A stretch of 64,000 bases of DNA. Source: Auanema rhodensis (Eukaryota; Animalia; Nematoda). The DNA lies in assembly GCA_964057225.1 (NCBI GenBank), contig OZ059897.1, forward strand, positions 22,010,001 to 22,074,000, written 5' to 3'. The notes under the pieces are model-generated. The model was not told where the DNA came from. It was given only the letters and a program-made list of their open reading frames with translations, and searched no databases. This document shows, piece by piece, positions 12,101 through 28,100 of this stretch; position 1 is the stretch's first letter, and the number at the start of each line of letters is the position of its first letter. The translations under genes were made by a program, and so were the position numbers.

Positions 12101-15100
12101 TTAAATGTACACGTGATGTGCACTTGGTATGTAACTCGCTTCACGTGAAAGATAAAGAGATGCGGTTTTCAAAATTAGATTCCCCATGTCCATATTAGTC
12201 TAAAAACAAATTTGTATTGATATTGGTTCATGGTAACCATGACTTTGAAATTTACGTGAACTTTAATTTATGCTAATTAAATGTACACGTGATGTGCACT
12301 TGGTATGTAACTCGCTTCACGTGAAAGATAAAGAGATGCGGTTTTCAAAATTAGATTCCCCATGTCCATATTAGTCTAAAAACAAATTTTTATTGATATT
12401 GGTTCATGGTAACCATGACTTTGAAATTTACGTGAACTTTAATTTACGCTAATTAAATGTACACGTGATGTGCACTTGGTATGTAACTCGCTTCACGTGA
12501 AAGATAAAGAGATGCGGTTTTCAAAATTAGATTCCCCATGTCCATATTAGTCTAAAAACAAATTTTTATTGATATTGGTGCATGGTAACCATGACTTTGA
12601 AATTTACGTGAACTTTAATTTATGCTAATTAAATGTACACGTGATGTGCACTTGGTATGTAACTCGCTTCACGTGGAAGATAAAGAGATGCGGTTTTCAA
12701 AATTAGATTACCCATGTCCATATTAGTCTAAAAACAAATTTTTATTGATATTGGTGCATGGTAACCATGACTTTGAAATTTACGTGAACTTTAATTTATG
12801 CTAATTAAATGTACACGTGATGTGCACTTGGTATGTAACTCGCTTCACGTGAAAGATAAAGAGATGCGGTTTTCAAAATTAGATTCCCCATGTCCATATT
12901 AGTCTAAAAACAAATTTTTATTGATATTGGTGCATGGTAACCATGACTTTGAAATTTACGTGAACTTTAATTTATGCTAATTAAATGTACACGTGATGTG
13001 CACTTGGTTTGTAACTCGCTTCACGTGAAAGATAAAGAGATGCGGTTTTCAAAATTAGATTCCCCATGTCCATATTAGTCTAAAAACAAATTTTTATTGA
13101 TATTGGTGCATGGTAACCATGACTTTGAAATTTACGTGAACTTTAATTTATGCTAATTAAATGTACACGTGATGTGCACTTGGTATGTAACTCGCTTCAC
13201 GTGAAAGATAAAGAGATGCGGTTTTCAAAATTAGATTCCCCATGTCCATATTAGTCTAAAAACAAATTTTTATTGATATTGGTTCATGGTAACCATGACT
13301 TTGAAATTTACGTGAACTTTAATTTATGCTAATTAAATGTACACGTGATGTGCACTTGGTATGTAACTCGCTTCACGTGAAAGATAAAGAGATGCGGTTT
13401 TCAAAATTAGATTCCCCATGTCCATATTAGTCTAAAAACAAATTTTTATTGATATTGGTGCATGGTAACCATGACTTTGAAATTTACGTGAACTTTAATT
13501 TATGCTAATTAAATGTACACGTGATGTGCACTTGGTATGTAACTCGCTTCACGTGAAAGATAAAGAGATGCGGTTTTCAAAATTAGATTCCCCATGTCCA
13601 TATTAGTCTAAAAACAAATTTGTATTGATATTGGTTCATGGTAACCATGACTTTGAAATTTACGTGAACTTTAATTTATGCTAATTAAATGTACACGTGA
13701 TGTGCACTTGGTATGTAACTCGCTTCACGTGAAAGATAAAGAGATGCGGTTTTCAAAATTAGATTCCCCATGTCCATATTAGTCTAAAAACAAATTTTTA
13801 TTGATATTGGTTCATGGTAACCATGACTTTGAAATTTACGTGAACTTTAATTTACGCTAATTAAATGTACACGTGATGTGCACTTGGTATGTAACTCGCT
13901 TCACGTGAAAGATAAAGAGATGCGGTTTTCAAAATTAGATTCCCCATGTCCATATTAGTCTAAAAACAAATTTTTATTGATATTGGTGCATGGTAACCAT
14001 GACTTTGAAATTTACGTGAACTTTAATTTATGCTAATTAAATGTACACGTGATGTGCACTTGGTATGTAACTCGCTTCACGTGAAAGATAAAGAGATGCG
14101 GTTTTCAAAATTAGATTCCCCATGTCCATATTAGTCTAAAAACAAATTTGTATTGATATTGGTTCATGGTAACCATGACTTTGAAATTTACGTGAACTTT
14201 AATTTATGCTAATTAAATGTACACGTGATGTGCACTTGGTATGTAACTCGCTTCACGTGAAAGATAAAGAGATGCGGTTTTCAAAATTAGATTCCCCATG
14301 TCCATATTAGTCTAAAAACAAATTTTTATTGATATTGGTGCATGGTAACCATGACTTTGAAATTTACGTGAACTTTAATTTATGCTAATTAAATGTACAC
14401 GTGATGTGCACTTGGTTTGTAACTCGCTTCACGTGAAAGATAAAGAGATGCGGTTTTCAAAATTAGATTCCCCATGTCCATATTAGTCTAAAAACAAATT
14501 TTTATTGATATTGGTGCATGGTAACCATGACTTTGAAATTTACGTGAACTTTAATTTATGCTAATTAAATGTACACGTGATGTGCACTTGGTATGTAACT
14601 CGCTTCACGTGAAAGATAAAGAGATGCGGTTTTCAAAATTAGATTCCCCATGTCCATATTAGTCTAAAAACAAATTTTTATTGATATTGGTGCATGGTAA
14701 CCATGACTTTGAAATTTACGTGAACTTTAATTTATGCTAATTAAATGTACACGTGATGTGCACTTGGTTTGTAACTCGCTTCACGTGAAAGATAAAGAGA
14801 TGCGGTTTTCAAAATTAGATTCCCCATGTCCATATTAGTCTAAAAACAAATTTTTATTGATATTGGTGCATGGTAACCATGACTTTGAAATTTACGTGAA
14901 CTTTAATTTATGCTAATTAAATGTACACGTGATGTGCACTTGGTATGTAACTCGCTTCACGTGAAAGATAAAGAGATGCGGTTTTCAAAATTAGATTCCC
15001 CATGTCCATATTAGTCTAAAAACAAATTTTTATTGATATTGGTTCATGGTAACCATGACTTTGAAATTTACGTGAACTTTAATTTATGCTAATTAAATGT

Positions 15101-18100
15101 ACACGTGATGTGCACTTGGTATGTAACTCGCTTCACGTGAAAGATAAAGAGATGCGGTTTTCAAAATTAGATTCCCCATGTCCATATTAGTCTAAAAACA
15201 AATTTTTATTGATATTGGTGCATGGTAACCATGACTTTGAAATTTACGTGAACTTTAATTTATGCTAATTAAATGTACACGTGATGTGCACTTGGTATGT
15301 AACTCGCTTCACGTGAAAGATAAAGAGATGCGGTTTTCAAAATTAGATTCCCCATGTCCATATTAGTCTAAAAACAAATTTGTATTGATATTGGTTCATG
15401 GTAACCATGACTTTGAAATTTACGTGAACTTTAATTTATGCTAATTAAATGTACACGTGATGTGCACTTGGTATGTAACTCGCTTCACGTGAAAGATAAA
15501 GAGATGCGGTTTTCAAAATTAGATTCCCCATGTCCATATTAGTCTAAAAACAAATTTTTATTGATATTGGTTCATGGTAACCATGACTTTGAAATTTACG
15601 TGAACTTTAATTTACGCTAATTAAATGTACACGTGATGTGCACTTGGTATGTAACTCGCTTCACGTGAAAGATAAAGAGATGCGGTTTTCAAAATTAGAT
15701 TCCCCATGTCCATATTAGTCTAAAAACAAATTTTTATTGATATTGGTGCATGGTAACCATGACTTTGAAATTTACGTGAACTTTAATTTATGCTAATTAA
15801 ATGTACACGTGATGTGCACTTGGTATGTAACTCGCTTCACGTGGAAGATAAAGAGATGCGGTTTTCAAAATTAGATTACCCATGTCCATATTAGTCTAAA
15901 AACAAATTTTTATTGATATTGGTGCATGGTAACCATGACTTTGAAATTTACGTGAACTTTAATTTATGCTAATTAAATGTACACGTGATGTGCACTTGGT
16001 ATGTAACTCGCTTCACGTGGAAGATAAAGAGATGCGGTTTTCAAAATTAGATTACCCATGTCCATATTAGTCTAAAAACAAATTTTTATTGATATTGGTG
16101 CATGGTAACCATGACTTTGAAATTTACGTGAACTTTAATTTATGCTAATTAAATGTACACGTGATGTGCACTTGGTATGTAACTCGCTTCACGTGAAAGA
16201 TAAAGAGATGCGGTTTTCAAAATTAGATTCCCCATGTCCATATTAGTCTAAAAACAAATTTTTATTGATATTGGTGCATGGTAACCATGACTTTGAAATT
16301 TACGTGAACTTTAATTTATGCTAATTAAATGTACACGTGATGTGCACTTGGTATGTAACTCGCTTCACGTGAAAGATAAAGAGATGCGGTTTTCAAAATT
16401 AGATTACCCATGTCCATATTAGTCTAAAAACAAATTTTTATTGATATTGGTTCATGGTAACCATGACTTTGAAATTTACGTGAACTTTAATTTATGCTAA
16501 TTAAATGTACACGTGATGTGCACTTGGTATGTAACTCGCTTCACGTGAAAGATAAAGAGATGCGGTTTTCAAAATTAGATCCCCCATGTCCATATTAGTC
16601 TAAAAACAAATTTTTATTGATATTGGTGCATGGTAACCATGACTTTGAAATTTACGTGAACTTTAATTTATGCTAATTAAATGTACACGTGATGTGCACT
16701 TGGTATGTAACTCGCTTCACGTGAAAGATAAAGAGATGCGGTTTTCAAAATTAGATTCCCCATGTCCATATTAGTCTAAAAACAAATTTGTATTGATATT
16801 GGTTCATGGTAACCATGACTTTGAAATTTACGTGAACTTTAATTTATGCTAATTAAATGTACACGTGATGTGCACTTGGTATGTAACTCGCTTCACGTGA
16901 AAGATAAAGAGATGCGGTTTTCAAAATTAGATTCCCCATGTCCATATTAGTCTAAAAACAAATTTTTATTGATATTGGTGCATGGTAACCATGACTTTGA
17001 AATTTACGTGAACTTTAATTTATGCTAATTAAATGTACACGTGATGTGCACTTGGTATGTAACTCGCTTCACGTGGAAGATAAAGAGATGCGGTTTTCAA
17101 AATTAGATTACCCATGTCCATATTAGTCTAAAAACAAATTTTTATTGATATTGGTGCATGGTAACCATGACTTTGAAATTTACGTGAACTTTAATTTATG
17201 CTAATTAAATGTACACGTGATGTGCACTTGGTATGTAACTCGCTTCACGTGAAAGATAAAGAGATGCGGTTTTCAAAATTAGATTCCCCATGTCCATATT
17301 AGTCTAAAAACAAATTTTTATTGATATTGGTGCATGGTAACCATGACTTTGAAATTTACGTGAACTTTAATTTATGCTAATTAAATGTACACGTGATGTG
17401 CACTTGGTATGTAACTCGCTTCACGTGAAAGATAAAGAGATGCGGTTTTCAAAATTAGATTCCCCATGTCCATATTAGTCTAAAAACAAATTTTTATTGA
17501 TATTGGTGCATGGTAACCATGACTTTGAAATTTACGTGAACTTTAATTTATGCTAATTAAATGTACACGTGATGTGCACTTGGTATGTAACTCGCTTCAC
17601 GTGAAAGATAAAGAGATGCGGTTTTCAAAATTAGATTCCCCATGTCCATATTAGTCTAAAAACAAATTTTTATTGATATTGGTTCATGGTAACCATGACT
17701 TTGAAATTTACGTGAACTTTAATTTATGCTAATTAAATGTACACGTGATGTGCACTTGGTATGTAACTCGCTTCACGTGAAAGATAAAGAGATGCGGTTT
17801 TCAAAATTAGATCCCCCATGTCCATATTAGTCTAAAAACAAATTTTTATTGATATTGGTGCATGGTAACCATGACTTTGAAATTTACGTGAACTTTAATT
17901 TATGCTAATTAAATGTACACGTGATGTGCACTTGGTATGTAACTCGCTTCACGTGAAAGATAAAGAGATGCGGTTTTCAAAATTAGATTCCCCATGTCCA
18001 TATTAGTCTAAAAACAAATTTTTATTGATATTGCTTCATGGTAACCTTGACTTTGAAATTTACGTGAACTTTAATTTATGCTAATTAAATGTACACGTGA

Positions 18101-21100
18101 TGTGCACTTGGTATGTAACTCGCTTCACGTGAAAGATAAAGAGATGCGGTTTTCAAAATTAGATTCCCCATGTCCATATTAGTCTAAAAACAAATTTTTA
18201 TTGATATTGGTTCATGGTAACCATGACTTTGAAATTTACGTGAACTTTAATTTATGCTAATTAAATGTACACGTGATGTGCACTTGGTATGTAACTCGCT
18301 TCACGTGAAAGATAAAGAGATGCGGTTTTCAAAATTAGATTCCCCATGTCCATATTAGTCTAAAAACAAATTTTTATTGATATTGGTTCATGGTAACCAT
18401 GACTTTGAAATTTACGTGAACTTTAATTTATGCTAATTAAATGTACACGTGATGTGCACTTGGTATGTAACTCGCTTCACGTGAAAGATAAAGAGATGCG
18501 GTTTTCAAAATTAGATTCCCCATGTCCATATTAGTCTAAAAACAAATTTTTATTGATATTGCTTCCTGGTAACCATGACTTTGAAATTTACGTGAACTTT
18601 AATTTATGCTAATTAAATGTACACGTGATGTGCACTTGGTATGTAACTCGCTTCACGTGAAAGATAAAGAGATGCGGTATTTAAAATTAGATTCCCCATG
18701 TCCATATTAGTCTAAAAACAAATTTTTATTGATATTGCTTCATGGTAACCATGACTTTGAAATTTACGTGAACTTTAATTTATGCTAATTAAATGTACAC
18801 GTGATGTGCACTTGGTATGTAACTCGCTTCACGTGAAAGATAAAGAGATGCGGTTTTCAAAATTAGATTCCCCATGTCCATATTAGTCTAAAAACAAATT
18901 TTTATTGATATTGGTTCATGGTAACCATGACTTTGAAATTTACGTGAACTTTAATTTATGCTAATTAAATGTACACGTGATGTGCACTTGGTATGTAACT
19001 CGCTTCACGTGAAAGATAAAGAGATGCGGTTTTCAAAATTAGATTCCCCATGTCCATATTAGTCTAAAAACAAATTTTTATTGATATTGCTTCATGGTAA
19101 CCATGACTTTGAAATTTACGTGAACTTTAATTTATGCTAATTAAATGTACACGTGATGTGCACTTGGTATGTAACTCGCTTCACGTGAAAGATAAAGAGA
19201 TGCGGTTTTCAAAATTAGATTCCCCATGTCCATATTAGTCTAAAAACAAATTTTTATTGATATTGGTGCATGGTAACCATGACTTTGAAATTTACGTGAA
19301 CTTTAATTTATGCTAATTAAATGTACACGTGATGTGCACTTGGTATGTAACTCGCTTCACGTGAAAGATAAAGAGATGAGGTTTTCAAAATTAGATTCCC
19401 CATGTCCATATTAGTCTAAAAACAAATTTTTATTGATATTGGTTCATGGTAACCATGACTTTGAAATTTACGTGAACTTTAATTTATGCTAATTAAATGT
19501 ACACGTGATGTGCACTTGGTATGTAACTCGCTTTACGTGAAAGATAAAGAGATGCGGTTTTCAAAATTAGATTCCCCATGTCCATATTAGTCTAAAAACA
19601 AATTTTTATTGATATTGGTTCATGGTAACCATGACTTTGAAATTTACGTGAACTTTAATTTATGCTAATTAAATGTACACGTGATGTGCACTTGGTATGT
19701 AACTCGCTTCACGTGAAAGATAAAGAGATGCGGTTTTCAAAATTAGATTCCCCAGGTCCATATTAGTCTAAAAACAAATTTTTATTGATATTGCTTCATG
19801 GTAACCATGACTTTGAAATTTACGTGAACTTTAATTTATGCTAATTAAATGTACACGTGATGTGCACTTGGTATGTAACTCGCTTCACGTGAAAGATAAA
19901 GAGATGCGGTTTTCAAAATTAGATTCCCCATGTCCATATTAGTCTAAAAACAAATTTTTATTGATATTGGTGCATGGTAACCATGACTTTGAAATTTACG
20001 TGAACTTTAATTTATGCTAATTAAATGTACACGTGATGTGCACTTGGTATGTAACTCGCTTCACGTGAAAGATAAAGAGATGCGGTTTTCAAAATTAGAT
20101 TCCCCATGTCCATATTAGTCTAAAAACAAATTTTTATTGATATTGGTTCATGGTAACCATGACTTTGAAATTTACGTGAACTTTAATTTATGCTAATTAA
20201 ATGTACACGTGATGTGCACTTGGTATGTAACTCGCTTCACGTGAAAGATAAAGAGATGCGGTTTTCAAAATTAGATTCCCCATGTCCATATTAGTCTAAA
20301 AACAAATTTTTATTGATATTGGTTCATGGTAACCATGACTTTGAAATTTACGTGAACTTTAATTTATGCTAATTAAATGTACACGTGATGTGCACTTGGT
20401 ATGTAACTCGCTTTACGTGAAAGATAAAGAGATGCGGTTTTCAAAATTAGATTCCCCATGTCCATATTAGTCTAAAAACAAATTTTTATTGATATTGGTT
20501 CATGGTAACCATGACTTTGAAATTTACGTGAACTTTAATTTATGCTAATTAAATGTACACGTGATGTGCACTTGGTATGTAACTCGCTTCACGTGAAAGA
20601 TAAAGAGATGCGGTTTTCAAAATTAGATTCCCCAGGTCCATATTAGTCTAAAAACAAATTTTTATTGATATTGGTTCATGGTAACCATGACTTTGAAATT
20701 TACGTGAACTTTAATTTATGCTAATTAAATGTACACGTGATGTGCACTTGGTATGTAACTCGCTTTACGTGAAAGATAAAGAGATGCGGTTTTCAAAATT
20801 AGATTCCCCATGTCCATATTAGTCTAAAAACAAATTTTTATCGATATTGGTTCATGGTAACCATGACTTTGAAATTTACGTGAACTTTAATTTATGCTAA
20901 TTAAATGTACACGTGATGTGCACTTGGTATGTAACTCGCTTCACGTGAAAGATAAAGAGATGCGGTTTTCAAAATTAGATTCCCCAGGTCCATATTAGTC
21001 TAAAAACAAATTTTTATTGATATTGCTTCATGGTAACCATGACTTTGAAATTTACGTGAACTTTAATTTATGCTAATTAAATGTACACGTGATGTGCACT

Positions 21101-22176
21101 TGGTATGTAACTCGCTTCACGTGAAAGATAAAGAGATGCGGTTTTCAAAATTAGATTCCCCATGTCCATATTAGTCTAAAAACAAATTTTTATTGATATT
21201 GGTGCATGGTAACCATGACTTTGAAATTTACGTGAACTTTAATTTATGCTAATTAAATGTACACGTGATGTGCACTTGGTATGTAACTCGCTTCACGTGA
21301 AAGATAAAGAGATGAGGTTTTCAAAATTAGATTCCCCATGTCCATATTAGTCTAAAAACAAATTTTTATTGATATTGGTTCATGGTAACCATGACTTTGA
21401 AATTTACGTGAACTTTAATTTATGCTAATTAAATGTACACGTGATGTGCACTTGGTATGTAACTCGCTTCACGTGAAAGATAAAGAGATGCGGTTTTCAA
21501 AATTAGATTCTCCATGTCCATATTAGTCTAAAAACAAATTTTTATTGATATTGGTTCATGGTAACCATGACTTTGAAATTTACGTGAACTTTAATTTATG
21601 CTAATTAAATGTACACGTGATGTGCACTTGGTATGTAACTCGCTTCACGTGAAAGATAAAGAGATGCGGTTTTCAAAATTAGATTCCCCATGTCCATATT
21701 AGTCTAAAAACAAATTTTTATTGATATTGGTTCATGGTAACCATGACTTTGAAATTTACGTGAACTTTAATTTATGCTAATTAAATGTACACGTGATGTG
21801 CACTTGGTATGTAACTCGCTTCACGTGAAAGATAAAGAGATGCGGTTTTCAAAATTAGATTTCCCAGGTCCATATTAGTCTAAAAACAAATTTTTATTGA
21901 TATTGGTTCATGGTAACCATGACTTTGAAATTTACGTGAACTTTAATTTATGCTAATTAAATGTACACGTGATGTGCACTTGGTATGTAACTCGCTTCAC
22001 GTGAAAGATAAAGAGATACGGTTTTCAAAATTAGATTCCCCATGTCCATATTAGTCTAAAAACAAATTTTTATTGATATTGGTGCATGGTAACCATGACT
22101 TTGAAATTTACGTGAACTTTAATTTATGCTAATTAAATGTACACGTGATGTGCACTTGGTATGTAACTCGCTTCAC

Positions 22177-25100
22177 GTGAAAGATAAAGAGATGCGGTTT
22201 TCAAAATTAGATTCCCCATGTCCATATTAGTCTAAAAACAAATTTTTATTGATATTGGTGCATGGTCACCATGACTTTGAAATTTACGTGAACTTTAATT
22301 TATGCTAATTAAATGTACACGTGATGTGCACTTGGTATGTAACTCGCTTCACGTGAAAGATAAAGAGATGCGGTTTTCAAAATTAGATTCTCCATGTCCA
22401 TATTAGTCTAAAAACAAATTTTTATTGATATTGGTTCATGGTAACCATGACTTTGAAATTTACGTGAACTTTAATTTATGCTAATTAAATGTACACGTGA
22501 TGTGCACTTGGTATGTAACTCGCTTCACGTGAAAGATAAAGAGATGCGGTTTTCAAAATTAGATTCTCCATGTCCATATTAGTCTAAAAACAAATTTTTA
22601 TTGATATTGGTTCATGGTAACCATGACTTTGAAATTTACGTGAACTTTAATTTATGCTAATTAAATGTACACGTGATGTGCACTTGGTATGTAACTCGCT
22701 TCACGTGAAAGATAAAGAGATGCGGTTTTCAAAATTAGATTCCCCATGTCCATATTAGTCTAAAAACAAATTTTTATTGATATTGCTTCATGGTAACCAT
22801 GACTTTGAAATTTACGTGAACTTTAATTTATGCTAATTAAATGTACACGTGATGTGCACTTGGTATGTAACTCTCTTCACGTGAAAGATAAAGAGATGCG
22901 GTTTTCAAAATTAGATTTCCCATGTCCATATTAGTCTAAAAACAAATTTTTATTGATATTGGTTCATGGTAACCATGACTTTGAAATTTACGTGAACTTT
23001 AATTTATGCTAATTAAATGTACACGTGATGTGCACTTGGTATGTAACTCGCTTCACGTGAAAGATAAAGAGATGCGGTTTTCAAAATTAGATTCCCCATG
23101 TCCATATTAGTCTAAAAACAAATTTTTATTGATATTGGTTCATGGTAACCATGACTTTGAAATTTACGTGAACTTTAATTTATGCTAATTAAATGTACAC
23201 GTGATGTGCACTTGGTATGTAACTCGCTTCACGTGAAAGATAAAGAGATGCGGTTTTCAAAATTAGATTCCCCATGTCCATATTAGTCTAAAAACAAATT
23301 TTTATTGATATTGGTGCATGGTAACCATGACTTTGAAATTTACGTGAACTTTAATTTATGCTAATTAAATGTACACGTGATGTGCACTTGGTATGTAACT
23401 CGCTTCACGTGAAAGATAAAGAGATGCGGTTTTCAAAATTAGATTCCCCATGTCCATATTAGTCTAAAAACAAATTTTTATTGATATTGGTTCATGGTAA
23501 CCATGACTTTGAAATTTACGTGAACTTTAATTTATGCTAATTAAATGTACACGTGATGTGCACTTGGTATGTAACTCGCTTCACGTGAAAGATAAAGAGA
23601 TGCGGTTTTCAAAATTAGATTCCCCATGTCCATATTAGTCTAGAAACAAATTTTTATTGATATTGGTGCATGGTAACCATGACTTTGAATTTTACGTGAA
23701 CTTTAATTTATGCTAATTAAATGTACACGTGATGTGCACTTGGTATGTAACTCGCTTCACGTGAAAGATAAAGAGATGCGGTTTTCAAAATTAGATTCCC
23801 CATGTCCTTATTAGTCTAAAAACAAATTTTTATTGATATTGGTTCATGGTAACCATGACTTTGAAATTTACGTGAACTTTAATTTATGCTAATTAAATGT
23901 ACACGTGATGTGCACTTGGTATGTAACTCGCTTCACGTGAAAGATAAAGAGATGCGGTTTTCAAAATTAGATTCCCCATGTCCATATTAGTCTAAAAACA
24001 AATTTTTATTGATATTGCTTCATGGTAACCATGACTTTGAAATTTACGTGAACTTTAATTTATGCTAATTAAATGTACACGTGATGTGCACTTGGTATGT
24101 AACTCGCTTCACGTGAAAGATAAAGAGATGCGGTTTTCAAAATTAGATTCCCCATGTCCATATTAGTCTAAAAACAAATTTTTATTGATATTGGTTCATG
24201 GTAACCATGACTTTGAAATTTACGTGAACTTTAATTTATGCTAATTAAATGTACACGTGATGTGCACTTGGTATGTAACTCGCTTCACGTGAAAGATAAA
24301 GAGATGCGGTTTTCAAAATTAGATTCCCCATGTCCATATTAGTCTAAAAACAAATTTTTATTGATATTGGTTCATGGTAACCATGACTTTGAAATTTACG
24401 TGAACTTTAATTTACGCTAATTAAATGTACACGTGATGTGCACTTGGTATGTAACTCGCTTCACGTGAAAGATAAAGAGATGCGGTTTTCAAAATTAGAT
24501 TCCCCATGTCCATATTAGTCTGAAAACAAATTTTTATTGATATTGGTGCATGGTAACCATGACTTTGAAATTTACGTGAACTTTAATTTATGCTAATTAA
24601 ATGTACACGTGATGTGCACTTGGTATGTAACTCGCTTCACGTGAAAGATAAAGAGATGCGGTTTTCAAAATTAGATTACCCATGTCCATATTAGTCTAAA
24701 AACAAATTTTTATTGATATTGGTGCATGGTAACCATGACTTTGAAATTTACGTGAACTTTAATTTATGCTAATTAAATGTACACGTGATGTGCACTTGGT
24801 ATGTAACTCGCTTCACGTGAAAGATAAAGAGATGCGGTTTTCGAAATTAGATTCCCCATGTCCATATTAGTCTAAAAACAAATTTTTATTGATATTGGTT
24901 CATGGTAACCATGACTTTGAAATTTACGTGAACTTTAATTTATGCTAATTAAATGTACACGTGATGTGCACTTGGTATGTAACTCGCTTCACGTGAAAGA
25001 TAAAGAGATGCGGTTTTCAAAATTAGATTCCCCATGTCCATATTAGTCTAAAAACAAATTTTTATTGATATTGGTGCATGGTAACCATGACTTTGAAATT

Positions 25101-28100
25101 TACGTGAACTTTAATTTATGCTAATTAAATGTACACGTGATGTGCACTTGGTATGTAACTCGCTTCGCGTGAAAGATAAAGAGATGCGGTTTTCAAAATT
25201 AGATTCCCCATGTCCATATTAGTCTAAAAACAAATTTTTATTGATATTGGTTCATGGTAACCATGACTTTGAAATTTACGTGAACTTTAATTTATGCTAA
25301 TTAAATGTACACGTGATGTGCACTTGGTATGTAACTCGCTTCACGTGAAAGATAAAGAGATGCGGTTTTCAAAATTAGATTCCCCATGTCCATATTAGTC
25401 TAAAAACAAATTTTTATTGATATTGGTGCATGGTAACCATGACTTTGAATTTTACGTGAACTTTAATTTATGCTAATTAAATGTACACGTGATGTGCACT
25501 TGGTATGTAACTCGCTTCACGTGAAAGATAAAGAGATGCGGTTTTCAAAATTAGATTCCCCATGTCCTTATTAGTCTAAAAACAAATTTTTATTGATATT
25601 GGTTCATGGTAACCATGACTTTGAAATTTACGTGAACTTTAATTTATGCTAATTAAATGTACACGTGATGTGCACTTGGTATGTAACTCGCTTCACGTGA
25701 AAGATAAAGAGATGCGGTTTTCAAAATTAGATTCCCCATGTCCATATTAGTCTAAAAACAAATTTTTATTGATATTGGTTCATGGTAACCATGACTTTGA
25801 AATTTACGTGAACTTTAATTTATGCTAATTAAATGTACACGTGATGTGCACTTGGTATGTAACTCGCTTCACGTGAAAGATAAAGAGATGCGGTTTTCAA
25901 AATTAGATTCCCCATGTCCATATTAGTCTAAAAACAAATTTTTATTGATATTGGTGCATGGTAACCATGACTTTGAAATTTACGTGAACTTTAATTTATG
26001 CTAATTAAATGTACACGTGATGTGCACTTGGTATGTAACTCGCTTCACGTGAAAGATAAAGAGATGCGGTTTTCAAAATTAGATTCCCCATGTCCATATT
26101 AGTCTAAAAACAAATTTTTATTGATATTGGTTCATGGTAACCATGACTTTGAAATTTACGTGAACTTTAATTTATGCTAATTAAATGTACACGTGATGTG
26201 CACTTGGTATGTAACTCGCTTCACGTGAAAGATAAAGAGATGCGGTTTTCAAAATTAGATTCCCCATGTCCATATTAGTCTAAAAACAAATTTTTATTGA
26301 TATTGGTGCATGGTAACCATGACTTTGAAATTTACGTGAACTTTAATTTATGCTAATTAAATGTACACGTGATGTGCACTTGGTATGTAACTCGCTTCAC
26401 GTGAAAGATAAAGAGATGCGGTTTTCAAAATTAGATTCCCCATGTCCATATTAGTCTAAAAACAAATTTTTATTGATATTGGTTCATGGTAACCATGACT
26501 TTGAAATTTACGTGAACTTTAATTTATGCTAATTAAATGTACACGTGATGTGCACTTGGTATGTAACTCGCTTCACGTGAAAGATAAAGAGATGCGGTTT
26601 TCAAAATTAGATTCCCCATGTCCATATTAGTCTAAAAACAAATTTTTATTGATATTGGTTCATGGTAACCATGACTTTGAAATTTACGTGAACTTTAATT
26701 TACGCTAATTAAATGTACACGTGATGTGCACTTGGTATGTAACTCGCTTCACGTGAAAGATAAAGAGATGCGGTTTTCAAAATTAGATTCCCCATGTCCA
26801 TATTAGTCTAAAAACAAATTTTTATTGATATTGGTGCATGGTCACCATGACTTTGAAATTTACGTGAACTTTAATTTATGCTAATTAAATGTACACGTGA
26901 TGTGCACTTGGTATGTAACTCGCTTCACGTGAAAGATAAAGAGATGCGGTTTTCAAAATTAGATTCTCCATGTCCATATTAGTCTAAAAACAAATTTTTA
27001 TTGATATTGGTTCATGGTAACCATGACTTTGAAATTTACGTGAACTTTAATTTATGCTAATTAAATGTACACGTGATGTGCACTTGGTATGTAACTCGCT
27101 TCACGTGAAAGATAAAGAGATGCGGTTTTCAAAATTAGATTCTCCATGTCCATATTAGTCTAAAAACAAATTTTTATTGATATTGGTTCATGGTAACCAT
27201 GACTTTGAAATTTACGTGAACTTTAATTTATGCTAATTAAATGTACACGTGATGTGCACTTGGTATGTAACTCGCTTCACGTGAAAGATAAAGAGATGCG
27301 GTTTTCAAAATTAGATTCCCCATGTCCATATTAGTCTAAAAACAAATTTTTATTGATATTGGTTCATGGTAACCATGACTTTGAAATTTACGTGAACTTT
27401 AATTTACGCTAATTAAATGTACACGTGATGTGCACTTGGTATGTAACTCGCTTCACGTGAAAGATAAAGAGATGCGGTTTTCAAAATTAGATTCCCCATG
27501 TCCATATTAGTCTAAAAACAAATTTTTATTGATATTGGTGCATGGTCACCATGACTTTGAAATTTACGTGAACTTTAATTTATGCTAATTAAATGTACAC
27601 GTGATGTGCACTTGGTATGTAACTCGCTTCACGTGAAAGATAAAGAGATGCGGTTTTCAAAATTAGATTCTCCATGTCCATATTAGTCTAAAAACAAATT
27701 TTTATTGATATTGGTTCATGGTAACCATGACTTTGAAATTTACGTGAACTTTAATTTATGCTAATTAAATGTACACGTGATGTGCACTTGGTATGTAACT
27801 CGCTTCACGTGAAAGATAAAGAGATGCGGTTTTCAAAATTAGATTCTCCATGTCCATATTAGTCTAAAAACAAATTTTTATTGATATTGGTTCATGGTAA
27901 CCATGACTTTGAAATTTACGTGAACTTTAATTTATGCTAATTAAATGTACACGTGATGTGCACTTGGTATGTAACTCGCTTCACGTGAAAGATAAAGAGA
28001 TGCGGTTTTCAAAATTAGATTCCCCATGTCCATATTAGTCTAAAAACAAATTTTTATTGATATTGCTTCATGGTAACCATGACTTTGAAATTTACGTGAA

